This document shows positions 13,292 through 28,000 of a stretch of 64,000 bases of DNA, in pieces. The DNA is from Paragordius varius (lineage: Eukaryota; Animalia; Nematomorpha): assembly GCA_964247055.1 (NCBI GenBank), contig OZ176053.1:9362001-9426000 (forward strand), read 5' to 3'. The notes under the pieces are model-generated. The model saw only the letters and a list, made by a program, of their open reading frames with translations. It made no database searches and had not been told where the DNA came from. The position numbers were made by a program, and so were the translations under genes. Every line of letters begins with the position of its first letter. Position 1 is the stretch's first letter.

Positions 13292-14169
13292 ATATATATT
13301 ATGTGTAAAAATTTTACGTATATTTATTTTCAAATATTTTATATAATTCAATTTTTATTTAAATAATATAAGGAAATTAATTATTCCATACTTATTCATT
13401 TAGCTTTTCGTTATAATATATTGTGCAAAAAACGTCGGAAACGAAAGACAAAACCTTTTCACATGATACCTTTCATAAAAATGTTAACGAGAATATTTGC
13501 CTTGGGGTTGAGTTTCTGCCGGTTTGTAAAAACAAGGAATTAATACCATATATCTTAAGTATAAAACAATCAAATATTCGATTTCGTTGGAAATCGTCGG
13601 TGTTAAAAATAAAATTATTGACGTTGTTCACGTATATAATAATAATATTTTTTTAGTTACGCTATTTTGTACGTTGGTTTTTTTCTATTATACTTGATAA
13701 TGTTGTAAGTCAGGGTTGAATGCATTTTGCCAGCTAAATAAAAATCAGGGCTTGGAACCCAGCCTAAATTCTAACCGGTTTCAAAACAGATCTTGAATTT
13801 CAAAATCCGGTTCTCACATTTTTTTCGGTTTCAGAACCAGTTCTCTGTAGAATGAAACCGGTTATTTCAAAAACATACACATGTAGGCATTTATTATTAA
13901 TTAAATTAGATAATATAATCAACAAACGGGAGAAGTGTAGATTAAGCATTTACATATTATATATATTAGTATATCTACAAAGTTAATTAATATAATTTAA
14001 ATCATATCTAATATATTATTGTTTAATTTTAAATGATTAATTTCAGATTCTCTTGTGACAATGATGATAATAGATTAAAAAATTAGGCATATCAAATGTA
14101 TAAATATTATATAAGAATGTAACAATACTTAAAGATTTGCCATAATAAATTTAAAAACTTGGTCTCGAA

Positions 14170-15675
14170 CACCGCGTCCAAAATTGGGGGTCTAAAAAAA
14201 TAACCTGAATAGTATATATTCTGATAGGAAAATGTATCAGGATTATCATCGTGCTTTTGGTTTCGGCCCCTACTAGTAATTTAACAAAGCATTATGGAGA
14301 GTGCTCCATATCAGAAAATGACGAAATTTGACCACATTTTTTAAATAAATTTTTTTTGGTGAAAGAGATAGGCTTCATTCCAAAAAGTATCACTAGAATA
14401 TACAGGAAAAACTAAAATTATACGGACACGTAAAAATATAAAGACAATAATTTTTTCTAAAAGACAACCATATTTTTTGAATCTTGATTTTTTTAAATTT
14501 AACTGATTGTTTTAAACTGAAAAATATAATAGAAATGTAAATTAGTAGCACAATCAATTATGTAGTTTAGGATTGTATTTAAATATTTGATATAGCAAAA
14601 ATTAAGGTTTTAAAAAGTATGGTTGTCTTTTGAAAAATAATATTTATCTTTATATTTTTACGTTTTGTATGTATAATTTCAGTTTTTACTGTATAAACCA
14701 CGTATATATAAAGCAAAACAATACTTTCAAAATTTAAAATTTTTAAATGATGTGGGCCTCGAAAGTCCCAAATTTTTATGCTCTTCCAAAATAAGCTATT
14801 AAAATAATCGATAAAATGCTGCGATGGGAGATAAAATTTTTAAACATATGCTAAATTTCATCAAATAAAAATATTTTTTAAAAAGGACATAATTTTTTCT
14901 AAAATTTAATTTTTAGCACAGTGAAACGTACTTCATATTTTTTGGAGTCAAGATGGTAAGAGTTTAAAAACGCTTTAAATATACTAAAAACACTTTATCT
15001 ATATAATACAATGATCTGAACATTTTTATCGCCTCAGAATTTCAATTAAAACATTCGTTCGTCCTTATTATGTTAAATAAACATTGTGTTTTTATATAAA
15101 AAATCACCAAAATCTTTAAGCAACCAAATCTTTAAATTTAAATTCTGAAGCGACAGAAATGTTCATCATTAAATTATATAGAAAAGGTGTTTTTATAATA
15201 TCTAAAAGCTTTTTATACCGTTTTCATGCTGCTTCAACTAGTATGAAGTGCTTCAATAATTAAATTTTTAAAAGTAAGCAATTTTTTAAAAAATTAATTG
15301 ATATCAAAATATTTAAAAAAAATTGCAGCGATTCCGCCATTTTATCGTTTATTTAAGAGGACTAGCTTTATTTATGAGAGCATTTTAGGACTTTCGGAGC
15401 TAATATCTAAAAATCATTTTTTATAAAAATATTATTTTACTATATGTAATTTATAATATATTTATTGGAAAGGCCTCTAGCTTTTACCAAAAAATTTATT
15501 TTAAAAAATGTGCAAAAAATTTCTCATTTTCTGATATAGAGCACTTAGCACAAAAGTATAAATAACTTTCTTAATCACACGTGAGGGCCAAAACCAAAAT
15601 TACTAAGATAATCAAGATACATTTCCTTTGGAGAATATATATATTTCATCAGGTTATTTATTTGTGGATACTGTG
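14170..15675. mobile_element. Long foldback (inverted-repeat) element, centre near 15085
   Basis: Arms pair by eye: ~14195-14370 with ~15470-15665, ~14740-14960 with ~15200-15440, ~14960-15050 with ~15130-15220. Ends approximate. Confidence 0.7.
14403..14691. mobile_element. Tc1/mariner-like MITE, 289 bp
   Basis: TIRs caggaaaaactaaaattatac / reverse complement cagtaaaaactgaaattatac, flanked by TA on both sides (14401-14402, 14692-14693). Absent from the opposite foldback arm. Confidence 0.75.
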
Positions 15676-16899
15676 TAATACAGAAAAACCGGTTATAAAA
15701 CGGTAAAAATTTTAACTGGATCGATTCCTCTTCTTTACATTTTTTCAGAATTTCAAACTGTTCTGGTTTCGGTTCTCATCGTTAACAACGCTAGTTCCGA
15801 GCACTGGTAAATATACATTACTAGTTTTCATTAAATATTGCAAAATAGCATTTTCACTAAGAAACAAGAAAAAGGATAAGTCCCTATGCACCAACTTTAA
15901 GCCTATAATAATGTTTTATTGTACATGTTATCTGGCAGTTTATGTATTTACGCATATCGTATAAAATATGGCTGCCATTTACTGGTTATATTAAACTTTT
16001 TTAGAAAAATGAGTTCATCACATTCTATAAACCAAAGAATGCTTACTTCAATGAGTATGGACTTGAACAACTTTTTGCCATCAAGTATTTATATGAGACA
16101 AGGTTAAAAATATTCCTACTACTATGGTTACTAATATTTTTGAATGACTTTATCATAAATTAACTTGATTATGGCTTTGAACGAATATTATAATATTCGT
16201 TTGTTATTAAATAATATTTGATGAGACAGTGTACTAATCTGGTGTCATAATTTTTAATTAAATATTTAGCTACTCTAATTAAATACTCCTCTAGTGCTTT
16301 TGGTTTGGAGACAATGTTATTTATTTAATTTTTTTAATAAAAGCCGAAAGTTACATATTATGAAGCCTATTTGTAGGAAAATTTTAAATATGGTAACATG
16401 GTAATAGAAAATGGAACTTGTTGGTTTGTAATCACCATGAAGTGTGCATGTAGACTAATGATTAATCATTTATTTATAAAATTCATATAATCTTATCTGA
16501 AAATTGACTTTATCCTTAAAAACATTAACATAATCTTATCTGAAAATTTACTCTACCCAAAAAAATGTTAAACCTTACTTTATAAGCTAAGTTTTGCAAT
16601 TTTAATTGTATTCACTAATTAGGCAAAAACGCTTTTTTATAGACCCTTAGATCATTTCAATTATAATATTAATTTTTCTTATTAAATCAATATAACATGG
16701 TCACACGAATTTCTTTTGTTCCACTTATGTATCCATTCCTCCAAGTTTTACACACGGAAGAGGGAAAGTACAGAAATTATGCTCTATCTAATACGCTTAT
16801 TTATTTATTATTTGTTAAGTAAAATAAAAATATTTTATAAAACTACTATCCGGACTTTTGGGGGGTAATTTTTTGTCTTTATACTCCTATGATATAATT

Positions 16900-19480
16900 T
16901 TGGCAAAAATAGCCTCAAAAACATATTGTTGAGCGGGTTTAAGGTTATAGACGAATTTCTATATTATATGGAAACGGCCTTCTATTTAGAGATGGCATTC
17001 CCAATAGAAGAGGCCTGTTTGATATGTGACAAATGTCCTCGATTTTTATCAAAGCTTCAATGAAAACTTCTGCCGCATCGTTATTAACATTATATTATTA
17101 CCTGAACAGGATTGCAGCAAGATATCATCAGATTTGATTTTTATGTTTTTCCCATAGGTCCGCCGGTGTTGAGGGTGAACAAAACGTTATTATAATAGCA
17201 AACAAAGTACGTATGTGATGAGGATATGATGTTTGGCAGGCATCATGGATACATAGATCCCAATGTTGATCATTTTCCAACAAACTGAGCGCCTGGTATG
17301 CACCGCAAAACGTAGCTGTAAAACCCCGTTTACGGTTTTTAAATAGTTAAATGAAGATGGTTCTCTAACATTCATCAATAGCAGACGAAGAAAACCTCTT
17401 GGTTTGGATAAATCGTGTATAATCTACGTACTGCCGCACCTTTGTATATACCAGAATAGCAACTAACTGGAATATCTCGCTCGCGCGGTTCTAATTTTAG
17501 CGTTCCATATGTATTAGGAAGGTAATTCGGAATAGAGCAATGTTTTCGCAAAGGCGTCCTTTTGGCATAACTTAAAGAAAGCAGTTAAAGTAGTATCTGG
17601 TTTTCTAGCTACCTCTATGTCATTAGAAGCTGTAAAATAAACACGCTGCCCACTTTCTAAATGTATTGCTAAGAATAAGACAACCTTCATGTATAGGAAA
17701 CAAAAAAAATCGGCAACAGCTTCTCGCTGCTTATATATCTTCATGACTGATACTGCGTTATTTCATTTTTAATATTTTCACTTTCAATATCGGATTGGAG
17801 GCGAAAAACAGCCATATCGCTGCCCGTATTTATATACTTGCATATGTATTTGATTTCACAGAATTGCAATATTCTACGTTTATGTTAGCTTTAACGGTTT
17901 TTAACAGTAAAGGAGAGTAGGGAATCACCCATCGATTATCTATTTCTACGTCACCATTCCTAAGATACAACAGAGCTGTTTTACCACCATCTTCTGGAGC
18001 TCTTCTTCTGTATAAAGGAAATCCATTGTTATCTGTAATCGTATTTTTTAATAAAGACCTGGGATATCGCTTGGAGCATCTTCCATCTTTCATACATGGG
18101 CACGTAGGGTTTAATTCGTTACAGGGTCCATGTAATATATTTCATAACAGCCTCATTTAAATCTTTATCAATCCTAGGATCAAGTATTTCAGCGGATAAC
18201 AGAATCTATTTCACATCATTTTTTGGAATAAAGCCAAATCAATAGTGCATGTGGTAGTCTTTCGACTGAGTACATTCAACGTTGCGCTGCATCAAACACC
18301 TATAATGTAACTATAAAATCATTCAAAGATCTAAGCCTCTGCCTAAACACTCGAGTTGTGATGTCGTGCCTATCTTTTGGCGCCTGTCCAGGGTGAGGAT
18401 AACTTTAATATAATCCCAAAGAGGATTTGTAAAGTAACAAATAAATCTGGGCGCCCACATTGTGCCACATACGCGAAAGCATCCTGGGCATATTCATGCA
18501 TATGGCGAGGGCTACCTATATAAGAGGATGGTAGTATTGTAAATCACCCAATATCGTTAATATTGCATTCATCAATTTAAGCACCTTAGGTGTATATATT
18601 CTTCCGAACGAAGTTTAAACTGATTTAACCGAAGATATAACATACGCTCTGTTTCTATTTTTTCATATATATCTACAATATATTGGTGAAATAATTGTCG
18701 ACATCTTAAAATATGAATTATCCTAGCCGTCCCTTATCATTAATCGATACTAATAATATTTCATTGTGCTACAATTTTGATTAATTTCTTGTTTGGGGAT
18801 TCCATTAATCATCTTAACATAAAAATTATATCGATCTGTCCCATGCCAGAATATTATTGGATATTGTAAGGGATCGATCGTAACTATGAGTCTCTGACAC
18901 TTTCCAAATTTTGTTTCTCGGGTGAAGAACAATTTTTCTTGAATAAAATTGATCTTAATCCATAACAATCGCCACCTCATCCATTGTAGAAGCATTAAAT
19001 CTACGTTCATGCTCGCCATGAGGCACTTTGTCGGTATGAATAAACAATTTTATGCGTATTAGACGGCATAATATCTATTGCTGTTTTAAACAATTTCACC
19101 GACTGATTATGCTGATGGTTCCTGTAACTCGAATAAAATTGGCCCCCTAAGATTGGGAAAATTATTGCACCGGTACCAAGTTCAACGGTATCATCACCAA
19201 CAAAATATAAATTTGTGATGGCTCCCTTGCGCTGAAAGCAAAGATCATGCCTTATGATAGATTTGGCCTTTCACTTTAAAAGTTTCTTCTTTAGTTGTTA
19301 CTATATCAGCTCCAAACGATGTCATTTAAAAGCAGGAATTTTACCTCCTAATATTTTTCAAAAATTGTTTAGAATCAGGAGTAATACCGGTTATAAGATA
19401 TTTAATGTTCTGGGTAAACTCCGAAATGATGGTAAATACACTTTACCTGATGCATAACACAACCATTGGGTTTATTTTTA
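16900..19480 (-). pseudogene. Helitron Rep-helicase remnant (Rep domain and start of helicase region)
   Basis: SKQFLKNIRR*NSCF*MTSFGA (~19320-19400); LPSSYIGSPRHMHEYAQDAFAY...GRPDLFVT (~18430-18530); degenerate HUH motif MYSVE..LPHA (~18250); CSKRYPR...GFPLYRRR...IDNRWVIPYSP; LAIHLESGQRVYF...TTLTAFFKLC. Many stops and frameshifts; ends approximate. Confidence 0.9.
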
Positions 19481-19589
19481 AATCTTAAAGCATTACAATA
19501 AAAACAAATTATATTCATGGAGCCAATGTCGTATAAAATTAAAATTGCTAAATAAATTATTCTGCATTAAATTATTTTACCGTGGTAAA

Positions 19590-20670
19590 CAATAGTGTAA
19601 GATGGAGCCTGAGAAGCCGCTATTGGGATCAACAAAATTGTGATCCATATATGTGGATTATTTCGAAACATTATTTTTTAGTTATGATCTCATAGAATTT
19701 TCAAAACTATGCATTCATACTAATATATTGTTTACTGGCGTGAAGGCCCCAAATTGACGGCTAACGGAAAAAACCGTTATACTATATTTTTTACCTTTTT
19801 GTGGGTATTTTTAAAGCCTTTATCAAACTCGATTGGCTTCTTTTTTAAAATCTCCAAAATCACGCCATTTTTGTAGCGTCTCAGTTTTAAACCGGTAGAC
19901 CCCTACCCATAGACCTATATGGAAAAAGCGCTGAGTTAAATTTTTTGCCTTCTATAGGGCAAATATTTGGAATCATCTGATACCTGTCTCTGGGTTATTC
20001 TAAAAAATATCTTATCACTACATAATCGTTATATGATGGAGTATTTTTAGGGCATAAAGACTCCAAATTAACGGCTAATAAAAAACGCCTAACCTTAATT
20101 TTTACCTAGTTACGGGGAATATTTCAAGCTTTTAATGAGCTCATATGCTTTCATAAATATTCTGTAAATTAGCCTCAAAACAACGCAATTTTTATATAGT
20201 GGCGCGACTTATTAAAATAACCCCCTATACTAAAATATTTGTTTTTTAAGGGTAAAAAATATTTTAGGCCCTTATTGAGCTCACACTCATAGGTTTTCTG
20301 AAATTTGGCTCCAAAGGTATCTATATCGATTTGATGACGCAGTTTTCCGCGGGTAACTTCCTAACCAGGGGCGAAACAAAAACGCCTGATTAAAATTTCT
20401 GCCTTAATTCGGGTTATACCTGGAACAATAATTGATTCCATATGCTCTCGTGGGATTTCGAAAATTTGCCTCAAAACCAAAAATTTATTTATGGTAGCGC
20501 ATTTTTCAGGGAAAGGGCCTAATTAAAGGGGAATTTAATTAAACCGCTTTACTAAAATTTTTGCCTTTTACGGGTAATATTTTAAGCCCTTATCAATATG
20601 GCCTGATAAGTTATCTGAAATTTAGCCCCAAAGGCATGCTATTTCGATATGATATAAAAATATAGATATA
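19590..20670 (-). mobile_element. Probable non-autonomous Helitron with internal subrepeats
   Basis: Minus strand starts near TCTATATTTTTATA (~20667). Its 3' region (tttcgaaataatccacatat.. then GC-rich ggcttctcaggctc) resembles 42840-42930. Several ~200-250-bp internal similarities. Confidence 0.4.
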
Positions 20671-22434
20671 TGGGTATATGTATTATTAGATTGGATTCGA
20701 TTATTTTTACATCATATAGCAGTTGATTTTAGCGTTAATTTGACTGACAATAGTACGAATATTACAACACTCTCAATTAACAAGCCATTTTTAAGTTTTT
20801 TGTTTTAAATTACCATCTCAAAAATATTAATTACTTATATTTAAAAAGCTTATAATTTCCAAATTTTAAAGGCTAAAAATATAGGTTAAGATCTTCTTGA
20901 TCTTTAACCATTATGTTATAAATTTACAGTTAACTATGCATTTTAGTATCCACTAGGTAAAATAATTATGATAATAATAATCTTTATTAAAAAAGCAAAC
21001 CAAAAGCTTTACGAAGATTTTTTTTAAATTATATGATAATACCCCAATAATTTTATTAAAATAATTTTTATGATAATCAAATTAGTTTGTCTCTTAAAAA
21101 TTTTGACAAATTTAAGGGTTGTGAATTTTGATCATATATATAAATATTAAATTTTATATTATATATATTGATTCGGTTAAAATTAATAGAAACTCGTTTG
21201 AATGTATTATATATAAATCATAACTTACTCTTCTTTTTTTAGAAATGATTTATACTAATTTTATTAATTTTTAAAATCTATTGTTGAGTCCATAAAATGT
21301 TAAAAGAACAAGCTCAAATTAGTACTCAAAAACCGAATATAGACAATAAAATCATTATTAATTTTAATATATTTATTTTATATCTGCCAATAATATTCAT
21401 TTTCACTGTTTGCATTTATAAAAATCCGTTCCTATATCAATAATATATAACACGAAAAAATATAAGCCAAAATAAAATAAATTGGACGATCAGACATTTT
21501 TTATTTAGCACATAACAATTGATCCTTATAATGATAATAATAACTAATGTGTCTTTAAATAAAAAAATTGTAGCGGCATCTTTTTTTAGCTATAAAAAGG
21601 ATATCACAAATAGCGTGCTAGCTTGTCAAGATTATATTATTATCTGTTAATTAAGAGATGACACGCGCCGTATATTTTACGCTAAAAGTGTACATTTTCG
21701 ATACCAATACCGTTAAATTTATTTTATAGATAAATTTTTATCTTTGACCAAATATAGACCTAAAACTATAAATCATAGTTTATCAGTATCTTATTAATAT
21801 AATGTCAATGTACTACTTATGTATGATATTATTAGTATAAATGCTATATCATCTCAAGGTCAACTAAAAATACATATATTAACGTTGAGCTTGCTTTCGA
21901 AAGCGTGGTGTGCCTTTCAAGAGTTAGCAACATTTATTTCTCTGACGATAAAATTATACTTGGGATAATTATCACATTTTCTTATAAACGATTATATTAT
22001 ATAGTAACATTTTGTATCGAAAAAATATGTTCTTACTGAACACTATCCGCATACATATGAGAGAGGCATTTTCTCACCAAAAATTGAATATATAACAATA
22101 AAAACTACTTTTTAACAGTACAAAAATGATATATAGATTTTTGGCTTGAAGTGTGCGTCTAACATTTATAATATCATCCAGTTATAAAGATAATTGCGTT
22201 GATAACCTTTATGGAAAATAAATAAATGTGCTATAATAATTCTAAAAAAAGGATTAAATTTACTCCAAGATATAGGTTCAGGTAAAAAGTGCGTTCATTT
22301 TTCATTTATTATTATTAAAATTTTAAATATAAATATTATATAAACAATTATTCAGAAAGATTGCTTTCTTTGCTTCTAACCTAAGTCCGAAAAAATCGTG
22401 TTCCAAAACATAAAAATTCAATTTCACTTTTATT

Positions 22435-23412
22435 TCACATGACTAAATAAAGTTTTTCAAGGGATGGGCTTGATCGAATACGGTGCCAATTACGGTTTAC
22501 ATCATTTTTTGTACTTAAGCATGCGTTATTCAGTTCAGAATTGTTGAATGCCGTATCTGAATTCTCGTGTGGATTATTTATATTTTGAGCTATTTGATTA
22601 TTTAATTGATCATGTCCGTATCGTTCACCATTCTCATGGATAGGAGATTGTTGAGGTTTAAATGTTTTCGGGCCAAATTTTAAAGATTTTTTGCAATGAG
22701 ATATGTGATATCTATCAGTTTCGGAAATCGAGGTTGTAAGGTCGACAGTTTGTGCTCGTGAAAATTTTTTGTGATTAATATTATTAGGACTGATGGTAGC
22801 CTGTTGTCGCTGGAAATAATTATTATCGGGTTCTATATTTTTGCAACTGGTTTTTTGAGTGTGAAAGGTAAACGATAAAGGAGATGCTGAAATAGTTCTT
22901 CCATAATAACGATGCATATGTTGTTTTCCAGAGGCTGTTAAGCAAATATTGTTTGTATCAATGTCATTATTGTTTAAATCTGTTTTTTTCTTCATCCTTT
23001 CTAAAGCTGGAGAAGAAAATATATTACCAATTTTGGTTTTTGGATCCAGTCTTGCAGACAAAGGAGGTGAAGGGGTCAGTCCTGTGAAAAAAGCTGGATT
23101 CGATAGCGATAACCGGTGTCGCGATTTTTCGATTATCGGGAATTCGTCTACACTTTGGAAATGGTATAAAAGATTCAATTTATCAAAAGAGGTTGGTAGC
23201 AACACACCTTTTTTATTGCAAGAGATATTGGAATGAGTTTCTTTTGAGCTATTACAAGGGGAAACCAATGTCATTTGTTTGACAAATTCCTCATTTTTCT
23301 GCCCGTTTTCATTCAATTTTTTTGTATGGTTATTTTCATCAGTCATTACCAATGTGAAATTAAAAATATGTTGAGATAAATTAGATGTAAGAACAATGTC
23401 CGTTTTAAACAA
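22435..23412 (-). CDS. Uncharacterised Ser/Thr/Asn-rich ORF (325 aa), possibly one exon of a larger gene
   Basis: A 978-nt open frame is unlikely by chance in such AT-rich DNA. SP and RxxS/T motifs (RTISASP, RAQTVD, RSSPSL). No recognisable domain; true start may be MTDENN. Confidence 0.55.
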   Translation of the reverse strand: MFKTDIVLTSNLSQHIFNFTLVMTDENNHTKKLNENGQKNEEFVKQMTLVSPCNSSKETHSNISCNKKGVLLPTSFDKLNLLYHFQSVDEFPIIEKSRHRLSLSNPAFFTGLTPSPPLSARLDPKTKIGNIFSSPALERMKKKTDLNNNDIDTNNICLTASGKQHMHRYYGRTISASPLSFTFHTQKTSCKNIEPDNNYFQRQQATISPNNINHKKFSRAQTVDLTTSISETDRYHISHCKKSLKFGPKTFKPQQSPIHENGERYGHDQLNNQIAQNINNPHENSDTAFNNSELNNACLSTKNDVNRNWHRIRSSPSLEKLYLVM

Positions 23413-25028
23413 TGACTTAATTAAAATAGCAAAAATTTAAATTTTAAAAGTTAGGAGGCTAAGTTATGAAAATTTTCAAAAACAAGAAACAATGAAAAAA
23501 AGTAAAAGCGCACATCTTTTATCTATTATGTTTTTTACCACAAAAAAAGTTAATCAATAGGTTGATTTCGTTGTCGCTATTATTTTTTTTGTAAAAAAAT
23601 GCGATTTTAAACATTTTTTTCCAACGTGGTTATCTATATTTAGTCAATGTTATTTATATATTATAGTAGTCTATATAATTTTTTGATTATTAGTGCGACT
23701 CTCTTACGATTTGCTGGTTATGCATTTTAATTTATTGTAAGTTTCATTATGATCTGCATGTATTCATGTGCATTCGAAAAGCTAACTATTTTGTCAAAGA
23801 TTACTTTTTGGCTCTGAAACTTATTTACGTTATTTTTTTTTTATCTAACTAAATATGTAAATCAATTGTAAGTTATCCATACGGCTGTGTGATCAAAAAG
23901 ATAGATGCTAAAAATACTCTTTTGATCCAAAACTAAATGTATTAATACAATCATAAATACAAGTGCAAAAATTTCTTTTAAATTCAATGCCAAATCAATT
24001 AAATGTAGCAGCTTCCTTGAGATTTTTTTATAGAGTTATTTTTAGAATGAAAAAATAAGAATTATCACATTGGTCAAAATTTTAACGGCAGCGTTGGTAA
24101 ATCGTGATTGATTAAATATTTTTCAGGTGATATTTTTGTATGTAACATACGAGATGTTATAGCCATAACTAATTTAAATAAAATGTAAAATATATATAAA
24201 TAATGGACAATTCTCGTAGAACAACCAAAATATTAAGTATTTTGTACAGTATGTAAAATAATAAATTTGTAGAAATAATTAATAATTATTCTATTTTAAT
24301 AGTATTTTTGGTGAAAATGTGCCGTTATTTATTCCTAATCGTGTGACATGCATCATTGAGAATGCTGAGCTTAAAATAAAAAAATGTGTATTATAATGAT
24401 CCCATGGGGATATTAGAAGGTTATCAGTTGGACCCTTACTTCTGTTAAAACACTACTCATTTCATTTTAATTATTATTAAAGCCTTATTTTGCCATTCAT
24501 GTAATCTCTTGTTAAAATCAATGTTTAGAAAAATTTAAATTTCATTTTTTGAAAAAAAACCTTGTACTAAATTAGCAATGTAAACGGTTAAATTTATCCT
24601 TAATTGAATTAAGACAAAAGTTGTTGTTTTTTATACACGTTTTTTAAACCGTTCAGTGTTTTATATAACCAATTTTATTTTCTTTGATATAATTAAATAT
24701 TTTGAGTTATATCAAATTAAATCCCTAACTTGATTGGACGTACAAAGCTGTATAAATTTCAAATTATTCATAAAAATTATAATTCACTATAAATCAATTT
24801 AAAAAATCCAAAATTACCTTGTTTTTTTGATGGATATACAATTTTTTTATTTAAAAACTATTGAACTATTGTTAAATTTCCTTTCATGAAAGGGCAAGAG
24901 CTTTTAAATATATTTTAAATCTGGCTAGGCATATTTTAATCAAAATTTATATATATTAATTAAAATTTATTGTATAAAAATGTAAAAGAGAGCATAAAAT
25001 AGACAGGATATGCATATTGTCTCTCAAA

Positions 25029-28000
25029 TCACCTTTTAATTTTCATCCAAAGAGCTCCAATGTCATATGGATTAATTAGGCGTTCATTAGATATGGGTAT
25101 GGTATTTAGATGACACCCATTATCATCATTATTGTGCAAAGGGTTTAACCAAGTCAGCATAACTATAAGGGTATTGCTGGGCAGTGCATTTATAATTTCG
25201 GCAAGTTTGTTATCAATCTCTATATTTGTTAATATAATAAAAAATATGAAATTAAAATAGTTTGATATTTTTGTTTTTTATCCAAAAATATTTATTTTGC
25301 CAATGTGAAGTCAGTAAATTGGGAATATCAAAAATTAAAGAATACAATAGAGAATTATCACTTATGTTATTTCAAAAGTTCTTAAAATGAGGAAAAACTG
25401 TTTTGTATGAAAAATCGGGAATTAAGAAAGTTTATACAGAAAATTAGTCAGTTGAATAATGTTTGCTAAAGCACACAGAAAAGATTAAAAACGTCCTTCC
25501 CTGCAAAGTGGTAAAAAAATGGGAAAATCCAAAAAATAGTCCACATAAAACTTTAATTATGAATTTTCTCACAGCATAATCCACCTAAAATTAAGTTTTT
25601 TTAACACACAAAACTAACAAAAAAAATTGTGTTAGTAACATTTCTAAGCACAAAAAGAAACTGTTATATTTTACGCTTCTTTTTTCACCAATTTAAAACT
25701 TTGTGATCCTTTAAAAAAAATTTAACTGTTTAAGCGGTCACGGTCATGAATGCATTCATAAACGATCCGACCCAATCCTAAATCCACCTACCTCATGTCT
25801 AAATTAATCAACGATTTCATGTTACTTTGGTCAAAAAAATCAAATATATGCCTACTTTGCCTCGTTTCACAAGTAAAATCTATGGGGATGCGAAAGTTGC
25901 TAAATGTCGCAAATTTATCCAACACATGGATATTTTGATATTCTAACAATGCTTCTACATCATAGAATGGAATGAGAGTTGAGGCCCCGGGCCTTTCAGT
26001 TTTTGATTTATAGCTATTGGCAGCTTTTATGGTGAAGTTTGTTGATTTTTTACACTTTTCTTTGCTACCTTCATCAATCATACTGTCCGTAGAAGTGTGA
26101 TGAGATCGCAGTGATTGTGTTAAAATTAACCCTATTATCAGAAATCATTATATAAATATTAAAAATTAATAAATTACAATAAAAGATTGGCCTATCACCA
26201 TAACGATAATAATATCTTTAAAAGTTAATATTTGGGAATGGTGTATATTTAAGCCACATATATAGTTATTAATGAACGAAATTCAAAAGCATCATTAACT
26301 AGCACAGATAAAATTTTGAATACGCACAATTTTCTAATGATATATAGAAGAGACAATCATTGAAATAATATTTTTAAGTTTATTTTAACCTTAAACATGT
26401 TTATGGTCAACAGCTAATTAAATTTTCTGAAGTAAAACAATTGAAGTTGCGTGTATATGAAATAAAAATTTTAAAATATGATATACTCATTATAAAAAGA
26501 GTACGGTCCAAGTCAAAACTGATTTATTATCAAGACAACATAATCGTTAAAAAATAATTTTGGCAAAGTTCGCAAAAGCCATGCTATACTTGTAATGAAA
26601 TCCCCGTTACATAAATTATTGATAAATATCGCATAATTATAAAAAAAATTAATTATTAATGAAGAAGGACACGAAATTGAAAATATGCTATACATGTTTT
26701 ATCCTGATTGCGTGGTACAATTCTGGCACACGGTTTAATGTTAAGGCCGACATCAACATTTGCCGATTGTTTGGTTTGCGTATTGATTTTATCATTTATT
26801 ATATTATTATTTTTATCATTTATGTCATCTATTGTATCCAATAATGTGTTGTCATCATATTTTTCCCATAACTTGATAGATTCATCATTTTCTAGGATAG
26901 AATAAACGTGGGGAATGCATTCTCCACAATATAATTCAGTATTGATATCTGTGGTTTTAGCTTCCTTTAAACTAATATCATCACAGAGATTATCATTATT
27001 ATGTTTTGTGTTGTTTTTACGGTTGTTTTGCATTTTTTGTTCCTTAGTGAATGTTGAAATGGTAAGTGCGGCAGAGTGTTTGAGGCTTGCTGCGATTTCT
27101 CCAAAATAACTTTGGCCTATTTAGAATGGAATTAATGCATTGTAAAGTAGTTATATAGATTAAACATCTTTTTATGTGTAATATTCAAGTATATCAAGCC
27201 ATTTTTACCTTTTTTTTTTACTTTTTTGTGAATAATTATTTGATTTTTTTGTATTCTTAGGCGAATACAAAAATTTACACACTCAATATGAATGTTAAAA
27301 AGGTATTTTGCAAAATCAGCCATTTATACATATTGTAGTAAAAATATTTGTGAGTGGATATTTTTAGGATGATAAAGAGATATTTTTAAACTGATTATAA
27401 ATTTAATTTTTAGTTCAGTCTCGCATTTTTACGAAAGATGTTAGCAAATAGATCATTTAAAAGCGTCAAAAAAATTTTCGAACATTAAGTCTAAAATATA
27501 TTAAATGTATACCACTTCGAAGCTTTAAAAGAACTAATTCCATTACAGTGCGGGCGTCTTCAATGCTGTCATGACCAATTTTATCTATTATATATGAAAT
27601 TATATATAATTTATGGTGAAAAAAGAATGCGATAGAGAGGATGAAAAAATTGAAATTATCCTAATAATGGAAAAACTATTCTTTTACGCATAATGTTGCA
27701 CCAATATAAATTATATTATTAGAATGAGGTATTCTCTCAAATAGTTGAAGGTAAGCGAGTCAGGTTCGATTATAATGGTGCTTTTTGTTTTTAATAAAAA
27801 CTTAGCGGAAATTTACAATTATTTCACTGTAAATTATAATGTTTTTTTAGTCCTAGTGAATCATAATATTTATGTAGATATAAATCGTTCTTATATAAAA
27901 AAATAGAGCTGGCTGTTACCCAAATAGGACTAAAATTAATACATTTTTTAACGAGTCCATTAAAAAAAATATTTGTGTGGCAAATACAGATTTTGTTTTG

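Larger units (their letters stand above)
13746..15806. mobile_element. hAT-type MITE (imperfect TIR CAGGGCTTGGAAC / GTTCCGAGCACTG) containing nested insertions
   Basis: Termini resemble the element at 62675-63673; subterminal AACCGG motifs; flanks ataaaaat / gtaaatat (6/8 match, degraded TSD). Confidence 0.6.

Noticed and set aside
22435-23412. Cdc25 phosphatase N-terminal region
   Set aside because: Composition is suggestive, but no rhodanese/HCX5R catalytic exons were found downstream.
27491-27512. 22-nt GTATACATTTAATATATTTTAG that looks like a tiny intron in REXO5
   Set aside because: Splicing it gives a stop after ~12 codons. The same donor joined to the acceptor at 27117 gives LKLRSG|QSYFGE and continues the gene. 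It could at most be a minor isoform.
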